Positions 1 to 11,765 of a DNA stretch of 64,000 nt are shown piece by piece; the stretch's first letter is position 1, and each line of letters opens with the position of its first letter. This DNA is from Magallana gigas. Its lineage: Eukaryota. The stretch is taken from NCBI RefSeq assembly GCF_963853765.1, contig NC_088855.1, forward strand, positions 27,342,001 through 27,406,000, given 5' to 3'. A model generated the notes under the pieces. That model worked only from the letters and a program-made list of their open reading frames with translations, did no database searches and was not told the DNA's origin. A program made the position numbers and the translations under genes.

Positions 1-48
1 CTCCAAATCGCCTCCTACGGGAATTAAGAGTCTGACATCATCATGGTT

Positions 49-335
49 ATTTCGTGCAGTCCATGTTTTTTTTAAGGTCGCTGTAGGTTTCGACTAATCA
101 ATAAACAGGGCGTGTAGATTTCAGTCCTGTCAGTTTTTATATAAGTTTCTGTTAGAAATAGAGAGAATTATACTCGGAAGATGTTAAATATTCATAAATA
201 TTTCGTGCAGTCCGTTGGTTTTTTTTAGGTTGCTAAAGGTATCGGCCAATCGATATACGAGGCGTGTACATTTCAGTCATGTCAGTTTCGGCAAGGCTAT
301 GAATTACCACTAATTTCCGTAAGAAATAGAGGATG
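49..335. repeat. Degenerate two-copy tandem repeat, period about 151 bp, in intron 1 of copy A
   Basis: ATTTCGTGCAGTCC at 49 and 200, each followed by GGCGTGTA.ATTTCAGTC.TGTCAGTTT. Confidence 0.7.
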
Positions 336-593
336 TAAATATAGAACATTGGACGTCACAACATAAGGGGATCGAAATATTAGTATACACTGAATGTAAA
401 TATTTTAAATAAAAAGATTACATGCAATTTAAATTTGGTTGTAAAAAAGTATAATCAAATGCGAACAGAGTGTTGGCAAAAAAGTATAGTATATATAAAT
501 TAATTGAAATAGACACAAAATTGAGAAAAGTCAACAGCTCAACAAATACATACCGCATTTTGCACAAATATTGACCAAGCCTTTCAAACTTAC

Positions 594-864
594 CCGGTAC
601 GTCTTGATTTCTATACTCCAGAAAGTTGGTAACTGATTCACGACAAGTGATGTCGGTGTTACTGAGGGTCTTGCTACAGTGGTTCCAGAGACCTTGGTTG
701 CTCTCTGTTGGTCCTTCCGACAGTTCCACCCAAATGTCTGTGCCATAGGACAGGAAGGTATGGAGAAACCATGCGATGGTTGTGAGTAAGAGACACGCTC
801 GGCATTCTATAGGCGAATCACAAAACGTGTCTATAGAACTGGCGAGTTTTTCCGTCACTGTCAT
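594..864 (-). CDS. Claudin-like/RING array copy A, coding exon 1 only (rest of gene lies left of the window)
   Basis: ATG at 864; 271-nt exon ending at G|GTAAGT (594/593), same length and phase as copies B-D. Encodes TM1 and the claudin ECL1 signature W...GLWNHC...C. 82/90 aa identical to copy B exon 1. Confidence 0.8.
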
Positions 865-919
865 TCTCTTGTATTGGTTGACAAATTCATAAGCGTAATT
901 ATAGCGAAATGACTCTGGT

Positions 920-1004
920 TGAAATCCAGGCGTAACTTCATTCCATTCAAATCCAGCCGTAACTTCATTCCATTCAAATCCAGTCGTAACTTCATTCCAT
1001 TCAA
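920..1004. repeat. 27-bp tandem repeat upstream of copy A ATG (3 units; 2 units at 7803-7862 in copy B)
   Basis: CGTAACTTCATTCCATTCAAATCCAG-type units start at 931, 958, 985 in A and at 7814, 7841 in B. Confidence 0.9.
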
Positions 1005-2167
1005 AGCAACAGTCCTGCAACAAATCACGGCTTCTCTCTTAAAAAGTAACTAACAATAGTACAAAATGTTATCCTCATAGCAGTAGTATTGGAATATAGT
1101 CTAACCCATAATTTGCAAAAGTTGTTTCTCTTTGTGGGATCAACCAAAAGGTCATAAGAGAAAACCCCAACTTTCCCCCTGTTGATGCAACCAAATATTT
1201 GGACGTCCTGTGATGAAATCTCTTTGAACTGAAAATTTATTTCTTCTAATATGTGTGGGTTGCTCCATCCTGGGGCAATTAAAATACATAACGGAAACGG
1301 ATTTTAAAGAAATCAGGTATGTGTGTGTTAGATACCCAAAAATTAAACTATCTGTCTGAATATGCACGGCAAGTGTATATTGAGTACTTGTCTTACCTGT
1401 AGGCCTGCCTATATACATGTACATGTACATGTAACTATATGTTTCAAAACGGAACATCACAATAACACATACTTTAACTGCATGGGTCCCTGAAAACAAC
1501 TTTAGTTACTTTTCCCAAGAACCATGGGTTTTTCAACTTCCTAGTCTGCTGATTATGATTGAGAAATCAGTCAAAATCATTATAAATACAATGTAGATAA
1601 CGTTCAGAAATTTCAATAAATCGAAGGAGCACGGGTGCTGCCTAAGTGGTAATACGAAACTTTGTCTCTGGTTACAAAAGAATTCCAAGCTGAACGGAAA
1701 TAACTAGCGATTGATATTGAACAATGCACTTTAGAATTTTTTTGTGTAATATGACGGTTAGACAAAGGATAGAATTTACCACCATTTCTTTTTCTTTGTA
1801 TATTAAAGGGGTAATTATCAATTAAATGGGGAAGATGGAATAACATAGAAATATATTATAGAATTTTTTCATTGTGTAATAAAAACACATTGGGTGACGA
1901 ATACCACTATGTTATGAAATGCCATGCGTTTTCTTTAGTCCACACAAATTTATTGATTGAATGCCCAACAAATATGAACGCTAATATAAATTGAAAATCC
2001 TATGAATACCATAGATATTGATTTATTGAAAAAGCTCGATTTATTTAAATTTCTCTGCTCTTCCTAACTTGACTTAAAAAAAATTCACATGTGAAATGCA
2101 CTATATGGAACAAACGAGTGCATAGGCAGGTAAATATCTACACCAGCCTGTTACTCAGACTTTTCCC

Positions 2168-2660
2168 TTAAACACCGTGCCGGTTAATTATGCCAGTACT
2201 AAGGTGACTTTATTGCATCCGCTAAATTAAGATGCAGTTGATACACAATGGTATAGAGAGCATATCACCACTTCTGTTTTTAGTGCGTCACGCCTGACAT
2301 GCAGATGAGATATTTACCTTTAAAAATTAACATCCCTTAGGAATATTTTAAATCCATAGGAGAAATCATTTTCATACAAAAAATATTTAAAATCCTATAT
2401 GATTTTATAAAAATCCCACAGGAATTATATTTCCTATATAGAAAAATATTTCTCGCATGAATATTATTTTGACAGGTGGTTTTCCTACATGTTTAGGAAA
2501 TTAAGATTTCTTAAATTTTAAAATCTTTTTTAAGTTTTGTTCAAATCCTATTGGAATTTTAATTCCTATAGGAAGGTATTAAATTCCAGTAGGAAATTCC
2601 AAATGTCCTTAGGAAAATTGTTTTTCCTAAGGGGAAAATTATTTTCCTTAGTGTGTTTCC
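2168..2660 (+). mobile_element. Partial copy of the AACACTGTGCCG TIR element family (see 47699-49468)
   Basis: AAACACCGTGCCGGTTAATTATGCCAGTAC matches 47699 onward; the following TTAAGATGCAG..GAGATATTTACCT and CCTATAGGAA-rich stretch matches 48865-49320. Confidence 0.65.
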
Positions 2661-4297
2661 GTTGTGCACACTTTTGATAACTGAGTATAGAAAAATAGGT
2701 GGGATTTGTATTGGGATAGCGATTATAGTGTGCTTTCAATCCAAGATTTTACCTGTCTTTTTACTTGTGTTTTAACAGTGCATTAACGATTAAAGAAGGA
2801 GAATATACTGGGTAGATATTTTGTTGTGTTTTAGTATTAATAATTAATAACTGTCGGCAATTTTTTTCATTTGATGAAATAAATAAATATTAATGATTTT
2901 TTTTATTATTAAATTTTCGCTCCTTGATAAGAAAAATAATGATAGTTATTTAACTTTAACAGTTTACATTTTTTTTACATTGTCCATACAAAACTGAATG
3001 AATTGAGGAAAAAATTGTCGGTCCCAATCCAACTGAAAGCTGGTTCAACGGATAATTATGGGATGAAGGGGAAAACTACAGTCATTTGGGGTACTCCGAA
3101 TCTCTTTTTACAAATGCACAATGTTTATGAAGTACAAAATCCACCAAGCAAAAAAAAAGTCCACATGCCATGCCACAAGTGACATACACGATGAATGAGA
3201 TTATGTAAGGAAACGAATTATTGTCACAAAATAATTCAATTTTACAAGTAGCGACTTTGACAGTACATGTAGTTCTTATGACATCACCGCTTTAGTATAT
3301 TGCCGTTGGCCTCGGGCAATAGATCATACTGAGCTGTTCCCTGCACCGAGGGAAAAAATTCTGGTCTATTGACTGTTCAAGCATTAAATAATTGTTTTAA
3401 TACCTAATTCCTTTTTTAGTTTTCCTGGTTAACAATTTGCATATTGCAGATGGTTTTCGTGCCATTATGCAATATGCTAAGATTTTTTTTTCATCTTTTA
3501 CATGCACCAAACCTGTTGCATGCATTACAACATCTCAATTTAATATTAGTTTACACAAAGAAGGAGGAGTCTTCAACCCATTAGATTTTAAATAGTCTTT
3601 TACCTTATATGAAGCTTTAAAACTGTTGATTATTTGATACTCCATTTTTTATAACATTGAATTTGGTTTCACCAAGTACTTAAAACAGCATCTATGTAAA
3701 GGAATATACATTCCCTGAGAGAGGATGTAACATTATTACCCGTTGCTAAGTGTGTTGCTAACGCTGAGGGTAATAGAACGGATTGTCAACTGTGTCTTAA
3801 CCAATCAGATTTCTGTATTTAACATGAAAGTATAATAATATATCATACACGCGTTCTGATATACGTTGCCGGTCCAATTGATCTATTGACCGGCGGTCCG
3901 ATAGATCGCTGTCTATTGACCGGCAGTTCAAAATAGACGCAAATATTTAATTTGTAATAAAACAACAAAATCCCTTTGATAAGGTTATAAACAACAATAT
4001 TAAATTTTGCAAAATATAAGTATCAACGCAATTGCAAGAAGATACCTTTTATTTATTTTATTGTCAAAACCCTTCACAAGAACTGTAATTCAGACTATAG
4101 CAATTAAGCATCCTGTTTCGCGCACATTTTTTTTGAACCCACAAAGGTGATATAACAGTTTAAAGAGGGCAATATAACTAATTCATGTAAATATGACTGT
4201 TTCCGGGAGGGCAATATAACTATTTCGGTGTGATTCAGCAATTTTTGAGACATAAGAATAAAATAATCTCATTTGTGATATAACGAGAAAACTTATT

Positions 4298-5105
4298 CAA
4301 CAAGTGGCCAACAGGCCTTAATGGTCACCTGAGTACCAGTGCTCATACACAAACCTTTTGATTCTCATATAATAGTATGCATTTAGTCATCCTGGAAATC
4401 AAACATATAGAAATGACCACCACCTTCCTACCTGAAATCTTACTATAAGGACTTTGATAGGAAATATTTGTCCCATATTTGTTAACTTTCAAGATAGCTT
4501 TTACAGTGTATGTTTATATATTTTTATAGATAAACTAAGCTAGCTGGTATACATGTACATATTTTATTAAATTCAACAACAATCCCCATTCTTACGCCGG
4601 GAACAAGACAGACAGTCTCTCACTTTGGACCTAAATACGGAAAACATAAAACACTGATAAGTTATTTTGCTATATCAATTCAAATGTTTTACCTGTTCAG
4701 TTATAAATCAACCATTCATACAATGACACCATCTTGCATTTATCAAAAAATATTGTACACCAATCTGATTAAAATCAGCCGTTCTGGTACGTTAGCGCTC
4801 TTCAGTATTTTTGGATAGCCAATTTTTACTTTACTATCAACAAGTCTACTGTTTATTAAAAAAAACTTGAATATTTGGCTTTTTTCTTGTATATTTGGCC
4901 CCGTCTAATTGGCGCCCCAGGGGTGGTAGAGTCATGGATTTCAATTTCCGTTTTCAAATTGATTCCTCTTACCATAGAGATGTTTCACACCAACAATGGT
5001 AACAAGTGGCCTTGTAGTTTGAAGAAGCAGTTGCAAAACGGACGACGCACACCGCATGACGACGGACGAAGACCAATTGCAATTATAGGTCACCTGAGTA
5101 AAACG
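4298..5105 (+). mobile_element. Non-autonomous Helentron/HINE-like repeat (paralogous copy about 10170-11640)
   Basis: Starts AACAAGTGGCCAACAGGCCTTAATGGTCACCTGAG; ends with GACGACGGACGAAGACCAATTGCAATTATAGGTCACCTGAG, resembling bivalve HINE ends. Present in both spacers. Class assigned from recall. Confidence 0.5.
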
Positions 5106-5222
5106 TTGCACTAATGTATTCTATCTTGTAAAGCACATTCGAAAACCACTAATTTTTTTATATGGATTAGGGGGTGCACCTAAATTAATCTTAATCAATG
5201 ATGCAACTATTCAATATGTAAG

Positions 5223-7750
5223 CTATCGGTATGGCTTAATTTTTTCTTGGATGAAACCTCTGCATGTTGGACACTGAGTCACGAGCAAAGAGCAAACCTC
5301 ACATAGATTAAAATGATAGCACGGTCGAAGTAGGATTTCTACACGATGATCGAAGCAAACAATGCAGGTATCGTCATCGCTCTGTGTATCAGTTCCAGTG
5401 TTCTGGGTGGACGCGGGATTTTGACCACTGTTCACTGCATGTCGTCGATTGGTGCTAGCAGGTTGTGGTGAATTGATAACACCTCTGGGAGGATATCGTG
5501 GATGAAATGTTGGACACTGAGTCACGAGCAAAGAGCAAACCTCACATAGATTAAAATGATAGCACGGTCGAAGTAGGATTTCTACACGATGATCGAAGCA
5601 AACAATGCAGGTATCGTCATCGCTCTGTGTATCAGTTCCAGTGTTCTGGGTGGACGCGGGATTTTGACCACTGTTCACTGCATGTCGTCGATTGGTGCTA
5701 GCAGGTTGTGGTGAATTGATAACACCTCTGGGAGGATATCGTGGATGATTTTCTTCATTGGACGGCGGGATATAGTATAGATATGCATCAGGCGGGGCTA
5801 AAGGTACCGGTATGTTTACATGAACATCACGGTTGTTAACAATTTCACCGGGTTGTTGAGATTGGTTTGTTGTTTCATTATTTGAAATCGTTTGAATGGA
5901 GTCTAAAACAAAACAGAAAATAAATACCGGTATAACAGTCAAATTTCAAAGTAAAACGGAGAGATTTGAATTGTAGAGGGTTTTGTTAATGTTCATATAT
6001 ATACTAGTATATGTTCACCAGAACCGAACTTTTGGCAGATTGAGCATTTTACATCCGCACGTTATAAAGAACATAGATTCCATAAAAAATAGTTAAATGA
6101 AAAAAGTCTATAAATCAGACTATTCATTTGCACAATTACTTAAAACAAACGTTAAACACTGTTTAACTAACTTAGGATTTTTAAAATTGATTTGACATGA
6201 AATACTTTCTTTTAGATAAAAAAAAATAATTTTAAATTACGATATATATTACCTGAATTCGGTAATGTAAACATATATATAGATCCGGATACTAGATGAG
6301 CAAATCCGGCTAAAATTGAGAAAGCAAATGACCAGGACAGATAGTAGCCCTTCAGCCACCCTGCATAACGGTATTGTCCACCGTAAATACTGCTTCCTAT
6401 TAACATACTGCAGGCTGAAATAAAAAGAACATGGTTGATGAAAATGTGTTTAAATATGATATTACGATTGCTTAAAGAATAATCAATAAGCTGTATTAAC
6501 GATATTGACTACGCTTTTTAAGTGAGAGAGATGTAGTCGTAATTTGTTTTGCGTGTAATGTTACATATATGTACCTGCTACAAAATTTATTACCACTGCA
6601 GCAACTTGAGAGTCTCTCTTTCTGTCTGTTATAATAAGGAACGTACAGAAAATGGACGACACGACTGACGCAAGAGACATGAGGAGACCAATACTTTGGA
6701 AGAATCTGGTAGCGTGAAGCCATGCTAAAAATAATAAATAAATAAAAATATTTATAAAGATATTGAAATTTGATTGTATTAGGTTTGGTCAGATGCGAAA
6801 AGAATCCTTCACTTAAAGGGACTTGGACACGATTTGACTTAAAATTTTCAAATTTCAGTTTTCCATTTTTCAATGTTTATAATGATAAATATAGAAGTTT
6901 ATAATGCTATATCAAAATTTAAAAGTCAAATATCAAGTTATAAGCAAGTTACAGGGTTCATAATTCTTTGTTTTGTAAACAAAGCTCGAATATTGTCATT
7001 TTTATATATGTGCTGTATTGGTGTAAGTTTCAATCAAATGTATCTTTCTTTTGTTGCAATTGATATTAGTATTTATGAAGATACTGAATTAGTTTAAATT
7101 GTTTTTACATGTCATTTTGTCTAAGAAATGGTAAGTCTCTACATTACATTTTTTGTAAACAACTATAAGACTCGAGCTTTGTTTACATAACAACCAATTC
7201 TTACCTCTGTATCTCTCTCGTAACTTGACTTTAACATTCAATATTTTGGTCAAGCATTTAAAATGCACCAGTAAACCATTTTATACATAAAAAATAAAAA
7301 TAATTTTTTTGATCTCAAATCGTGTCCAAGTCCCTTTAATTGACTCAGAGATATTGAAAAAAAGAATTATTTAAATCGAAAGTGTCATTAAATTGAAAAA
7401 AAAAACCCAAATAGAACAGATGGAAACAAACCATTATATCACTTTTGTTACAATAATTGACCAAGCCTTTCAAGCTTACCCGGTACATCTTGATTTCTGT
7501 ACATCAGGAAGTAACTGACTGATTGACGGCAAGTGATGTCTGTGTTACTGAGCGACTTGCTACAGTGGTTCCAGAGCCCTTGGTTGCTCTCTGTTGGTCC
7601 CTCTGACAGTTCCACCCAACTGTCTGTGCCATAGGACAGGAAGGTATGGAGAAACCATGCGATGGTTGTGAGTAAGAGACACGCTCGGCAGTCTTTAGGG
7701 GAATCACAAAAAGTGTCTATAGAACTGGCTAGTTTTTCCGTCACCGTCAT
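5223..7750 (-). CDS. Claudin-like tetraspan fused to Pro-rich tail and duplicated RING (copy B, about 420 aa)
   Basis: Exons 7480-7750, 6575-6724, 6253-6414, 5223-5902; all introns GT-AG, phase 1; total 1263 nt with no internal stop. Four hydrophobic segments, GLWNHC..C and YYLSWSF motifs, C-terminal CIVC..PCYH..CEVC..CPTCR RING. Last exon has a 243-bp internal duplication. Confidence 0.8.
5264..5748. repeat. Perfect 243-bp in-frame tandem duplication inside the last exon of copy B
   Basis: ATGTTGGACACTGAG starts at 5264 and 5507; the 81-aa unit is repeated in the translation. Confidence 0.95.
6817..7335. mobile_element. MITE with TTAA target duplication (Kolobok-like) in intron 1 of copy B
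   Basis: TTAA|AGGGACTTGGACACGATTTGA ... TCAAATCGTGTCCAAGTCCCT|TTAA. The homologous site in copy C (about 13150) is empty. Confidence 0.85.
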
Positions 7751-10390
7751 TCTCTTGTATTGGTTGACAAATTCATTAGTGTAATAGCGAAGTTACTCTG
7801 TTTGAAATCCAGGCGTAACTTCACTCCATTCATATCCAATCGTAACTTCATTCCATTCAAAGCAATAGTCCTGCAACAAATCACGCCTTTTCTCTTAAAA
7901 AATAATTAACAATAGCAATCCTCATAGGTATAGCAGTAGTATTGGAATATAGTTCAATCCATACTCTGCAAAAGTTGTTTCTCTTTACGGGGTCAACCAA
8001 AAGGTCATAAGGGAAAACCCCAACTTTCCCGCTGTTAATGCAACTAAATATTTGGACGTCCTGTGATAAAACCCCTCGAAATGAAAATTTATTTCTTTTA
8101 ATATGCGTGGGTTGCTCCATCCTGGGGCAATTAAAATACACAGACAGTGGAAACGGATTTTAAAGATATCGGGTATGGGTGTTAGATACCCATAAATTAA
8201 ACTCCCTGTGTGCACAAAAAGCAGTAATATGCACGATAAGTGTATATTAAATACTCGTCTTACCTGTGCAAAAACGCAGCATCTTAATAACATATACGTC
8301 ACTGCATGGGTCCCTGAAAATAACTTACTTTTCCCAAGAACTATGGGTTTTTCAACTTCCTAGTCTGCTGATTATGCTTGAGGAATCAGTCAAATTCATC
8401 ATAAATTATAAATAGGTGACGTTCAGAAATTTGAATTAATCCAAAGAGCACGGGTGCTGGCTATGTGGTAAAACGAAACTTTGTCTCTGGTTACAAAGAA
8501 TTTCAAGCTGAAAGGAAAAAAACTAGCGATTGATATTGAACAATGCACTTTAGAATTTTTATGTGTAATATGACGGTTAGACAAGGAGAGAATTTACCAC
8601 CATTTCTTTTTCTTTGTATATTAAAGGGGCAATTATCAATTAAATGTGGAAGATGGAATAGCATAGAAATATGTTATAGAATTTTTCATATCACAATGTT
8701 ATGAAATGTCATGCATTTTCTTTAGTCCACAACAAATTAATTGATTGAATACTCAACAAATATTAACGCGAATATAGATTTGAAAATCTTATGAATACCA
8801 TAGATATTGATTTATTGAAAAAGTTGTCCATATTTACAAAGCTCGATTAATTCAAATTTCTCTGCTCTTCCTAACTTGACTTTGAAACATTCACATGTGA
8901 AATGCACTATATGGAATAAATAAGTGCATAGGCCGGTAAATATTTTCACCAGTCTGTTACTCAGACTCTTCCCTTAAACATAATATAATTAATCCATAGA
9001 AGAAATAATTTTCCTACAGAAAATATTGAAAATACTATAGGATTTTATTAAACAAAATCCCATATGAATTATATAGGAGAAAAATAGTTCTCGCAAGAAT
9101 ATTATTTAGACAGGTGGTTTTTTACTTTTGTTTTATCAGCGCATTAATGATTAAACAAGAATATACTGGGTAGATAACTTGTAGTGATTTAGGATTAATA
9201 ACTAATAAATATCGGCAATATTTTTCATTTGATAAAATAAAATATTTTTATTATTAAATTTTTGCTCCTTGATAAGAAAAATAAAGATATATAGTTTAAC
9301 TTTACTACCAGTTTTGTCCATTTACGTTAAATACAAAACTGAATGAATTGAGGAAAAATTGCCGGTTCCAGTCCAATTGAAAGCTGATTCAGTGGATAAT
9401 TATGGGATGAAGGGGAAAACTACAATCATTTGGGGTACTCCGAATCTCTTTTTACAACTTAGTTGCAATATATGTAAGACACACAATGTAATGAACAAAA
9501 TCCAACAACCAAAAACATCCACATACCATGCCACGAGTGACATACGATGTTCTTATTGCTTATTGGTCAACAGAAAGGAGATTATGTAAGGAAATGGATC
9601 ATGTCACAAAATAGTTCATCTTTAAAGTAGCGACTTTGACAGTACATGTAGTTCTTATGACATCACCGCTTTAGTATATTGCCTATCACTTTCTGGTATT
9701 TCAAATCAGTAGCTAAACTGGAACAAAACATTCCGACAAAATTGACTGTATCTCATTGAAGATTACATCTCATCCAAGCTTGATATATTATCTTGTATAG
9801 AGTGTCCATACAAATATAAATTACCAATTTTTTTTTAATTTTTTGCAGTAAGTATTAAGGTGACTATATTTAGTAGTATAAACAACATTCAGTATACAAC
9901 AATGTTAAATTCTGCAAAATTCTGCAAAATATAAGTATCAACGCAATTGCAAGAAGATACGTTTTATTTATTTTATTGTCAAAACCCTTCACTGGAACTG
10001 CAATTCAGACTATAGCAATTAAGCAGTTATCTCACCCAGTCAAATTCCTGTTACGCGCACATTTTTTCGTACCCACAAATGTGATATAACAGTTTAAGGA
10101 GGGCAATATAACTATTTCCTGTGAAATATGACTGTTTCCGGGAGGGCAATATAACTATTCCGGTTATTTAACAAGTGCCCATACACAGACCTTTTGATTC
10201 TAAAAATATGCATTTAGTTAAGCTTCATTCTGGAAATCAAATATATGGTAATCACCACCACCTTCCTACCTGAAATCTTACTATAGGAACTTTGATAGGA
10301 AATAATTGTCCCATATTTGTTAACTTTCAAGATAGCGTTTATGCGGTTCTGAAAGCATTGTTACGAATACTGTTTTCCTCGTTATAAAAG

Positions 10391-10491
10391 TGTCTTTTAC
10401 TGATTAACAATTTTTAATTGTCAATGAGTCCATGACTAATTATTAGTCATGGACTCATTGACAATTAAAAATTGTTAATTAGTAAAAGACA
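10391..10491. repeat. 101-bp near-perfect palindrome (50-bp arms, 1 mismatch, 1-nt centre)
   Basis: Arms 10391-10440 and 10442-10491 are reverse complements except one G/A position. Confidence 0.9.
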
Positions 10492-11765
10492 AAAGAAATG
10501 GGCGTGTCTTATGTAACAAATGACGTTCGATACAAACTTTTGAACATTCCATTCGAACGAAAACTTTTACCACTTCAATGCGCTTTATTGTATGTTTACA
10601 AATGTATATATTTTTATAGATAAACTAAGATGGCTGGTATACATGTACATGTTTTATTACAATCAACAACAATCCCCATTCCCATCGCCAGGGACCAGGC
10701 AGACAATCTCTCACTTTGGACATATATACAAAAAACATATTAAAACACCGATAAGTTATTTTGCTTTTTCAATTCAAATGTTTTACCTGTTCAGTTATCA
10801 ATCATTCATGCAATGACACCATCTGGCATTCATTAAAAATTATTGTACACCAATCTGATTAAAATCAGACGTTCTGATACGCTACCACTCTCTTCAGTAT
10901 TTTTGGATAGCCAATTTATACTTATCTATTTAAAACAGGTCTACTGTTTATTCAAAAACTTTTTTTTTTAAACTGTTCCGATTGTTTTTTTAACAAATAA
11001 AAAACTTGTTTAACTCCTTTAATATTTTAACTTCTTAATTACATTATTTTAAAACGATTGATAATTAAATATGAACAAGGGAAGATAATTCCATTAATTG
11101 TAACACCCCCTACCCAAACTCTTGCCAAATGCTTTCATGATATTTTTAATTTTGATAGACAACTCCATTCATTCTCTTTTCCAAAGTCATAACTATGTAT
11201 TTAGTTTTTCTCAAATGTGTATGGAGGTAGAGAAAAAGATTTTCTAAGATTTGGTACACTTTTAATATATGACTATTTTAGCCCCACCCTGGGGCCGAAC
11301 TCCTGACCCAAGAGCCATGAATTTTACAGTATTGGTAGAGGGCGTCATGGACATCATTACAATGCATTTAGTTTTCCCCACACGAGCTAAAGTGGAGAAG
11401 AAGATTTTTGAAAATTTAGCTTTTTTGTATATTTGGTCCCGTCTAATTGGCGCCCCAGGGGTGGTAGAGTCATGGATTTCAATTTCCGTTTTCAAATTGA
11501 TTCCTCTTACCATAGAAATGTTTCACACCAAAAATGGTAACAATTGGCTTTGTATTCTTAAGAAGCAGTCACAAAACGGACGACGCACATCGCATGACGA
11601 CGGACGAAGACCAATTGCAATTATAGGTCACCTGAGTAAAACGTTGCACTATTATGTACAACTATCTTGTTAGGCACATTCGAAAACCACTTATTTTTTT
11701 TTATATAGATTAGGGGGTGCACCTAAATTAATCTTTATCAACGACGCAACTAGTCAACATGTAAG

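Larger units (their letters stand above)
865..11765. repeat. Segmental tandem duplication: spacer 865-5222 is homologous to spacer 7751-11765
   Basis: Colinear shared blocks, e.g. AGTAGCGACTTTGACAGTACATGTAGTTCTTATGACATCACCGCTTTAGTATATTGCC at about 3248 and 9626, and AAGTATCAACGCAATTGCAAGAAGATAC at about 4018 and 9933, separated by many indels. Confidence 0.9.

Noticed and set aside
865-1023. N-terminal extension with FEWNEVT repeats on copy A
   Set aside because: It starts at TTG, is not open in the same way in B-D, and reflects the 27-bp repeat being a multiple of 3.
5223-5942. RING ORFs (also 11766-12224 and 19965-20360) as independent genes
   Set aside because: The ORF-track starts are TTG or GTG and there is no internal Met; each has a phase-matched acceptor joining claudin exon 3.
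6496-6873. ORF MASRYQIL... (also 12840-13067)
   Set aside because: Wrong frame of exon 2; the spliced frame reads AWLHATRFFQS as in copy D.
11269-11673. 134-aa ORF (and 4875-5114)
   Set aside because: Lies within a HINE-like repeat; no recognisable domain.
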